Assembly: GCA_964188305.1 (NCBI GenBank) | Contig: OZ076889.1 | From: Podarcis bocagei | Lineage: Eukaryota | Length of the DNA: 64,000 nt | Strand: one strand, 5' to 3' | Shown: positions 62,931 through 64,000 of the stretch, piece after piece | Layout of the letters: each line of letters begins with the position of its first letter | Position numbering within the stretch: the first letter of the stretch is position 1 | Notes under the pieces: model-generated | What the model was told of the DNA's origin: nothing | Seen by the model: only the letters and a program-made list of their open reading frames with translations | Database searches by the model: none | Made by a program: the position numbers and the translations under genes

Positions 62931-63543
62931 CTCGTTGGGAGCCTCCCTTACTCCAGCAAAGGAACAATCATCAACCCACTTTAAGCTCCCAGTAGCTCCT
63001 TTGAATCCCCACCCTTATTTTCCCTATACCTGACGTTATGTGCAAGGAGAAGAACTAAGTTGATTAAGCTAGAAAAAGAATTTTAGGGTTTCTACTGCTG
63101 GGTAACTGATTAAGTGAGGTGAGATGGAGAGTGTTAGTGAAGATGTTGCCATGGAATCAGGGGACATGGAACAGAGGATTTTGGAGAATGGCTATATTTT
63201 AAATAAAATTGTATTGGTGAGGGAAGATCCCAGAATATGCAGTCCTGTCTTGATTTGTGATTATTGAATGAAGAGCAACAAAGCCTTGTATGTAGCATGG
63301 GACCACCGTCTTGTGATACCTAGGCCTGGATACTACTGCCCAGAGAGCGATAAGTTATTAGATGCTTTGCAGATACTGGAAAGAAATAAAACTATTTCCT
63401 GTGATAGAGTTCACTAATTGGCGCTAATTACAATCATTTTCCTAACATTTCTCTGATGCTTTGTTCACGTTGCATAACTTTAAGCTATTTTTTCATGGTG
63501 TTAGATTTCTTTAAGCTCAGTTGTATCCTTGTTCTCTCCTTAG

Positions 63544-63711
63544 AAGCGGTCAGTGGAAGATTTAAAGGAGCGCTACTATCACATCTGTGCCAAGCTGGCC
63601 AACATCCGTGCTACCCCAGGCACTGACTTGAAAATCCCTGTTTTTGATGCTGGCCATGAAAGGCGCCGGAAAGAACAGCTAGAGAGGCTATATAATCGGA
63701 CACCAGAGCAG
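63544..63711 (+). CDS. DMAP1: DMAP1 coding exon 5; gene continues beyond the window
   Basis: KRSVEDLKERYYHICAKLAN...HERRRKEQLERLYNRTPEQ; 168 nt. Confidence 0.96.
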
Positions 63712-64000
63712 GTAATGTCAGGAAATGTTGCAAGGCAGCCTGGCCTCACATTATCTTACACTGGATCTGTAGCAATAGCTCATCATTTCTGGGTACTCCC
63801 CAGTGCCCTTCAGGGCTGCTAATGTGACTCCTGTTGGAGGTAGCAGTAGGTGCACCTCCCATCCTTTAAGCGTGATTTATCAAGTAATGGGCATACACAT
63901 ATTAGGTGATCAATGTGAATAAAGGAATAACTACTAGAAAACAAAGTGTGTTAAAATACGTTTTATTTGAGTTTTGTCTGAGAAGGATAGAAGCGTAGTG

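Noticed and set aside
1-64000. Most 60-170 aa ORFs in the six-frame track
   Set aside because: They are chance ORFs in introns and repeats, many with GTG/TTG starts that are not meaningful in a vertebrate. Recurring peptides such as MVPRVTY... are MITE copies, not a gene family.

Overview
Eukaryotic DNA, not prokaryotic. The repeat repertoire (Sauria/Squam1 SINE, Squam3-like SINE, CR1, L2, L1, hAT and Tc1/mariner MITEs) points to a squamate reptile, probably a lacertid lizard. About 55 kb is transposon-rich intergenic DNA, followed by the CpG-rich promoter and the first five coding exons of DMAP1 (+ strand; the gene runs off the window end). An EXOSC2 processed pseudogene with a premature stop and an in-frame internal deletion lies at 4.6-5.7 kb. 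The standout is a 6.25-kb class I (gamma-like) endogenous retrovirus at 23611-29857. Its two 675-bp LTRs look identical by eye, and it has a 4-bp TSD, a perfect tRNA-Gly PBS and a PPT, so the insertion is very young. Its interior, however, is a dead, out-of-order mosaic of gag/pol pieces with two or three different integrase tails. Both LTRs begin with non-canonical TA and carry DR2-like nuclear-receptor repeats and a U5 splice donor. A retained splice donor/acceptor pair leads to a cassette of unrecognised ORFs where env should be. It looks like a VL30/ETn-style non-autonomous element mobilised in trans, nested in an older solo LTR and co-oriented with DMAP1. All family assignments are by motif recognition; no database search was run.
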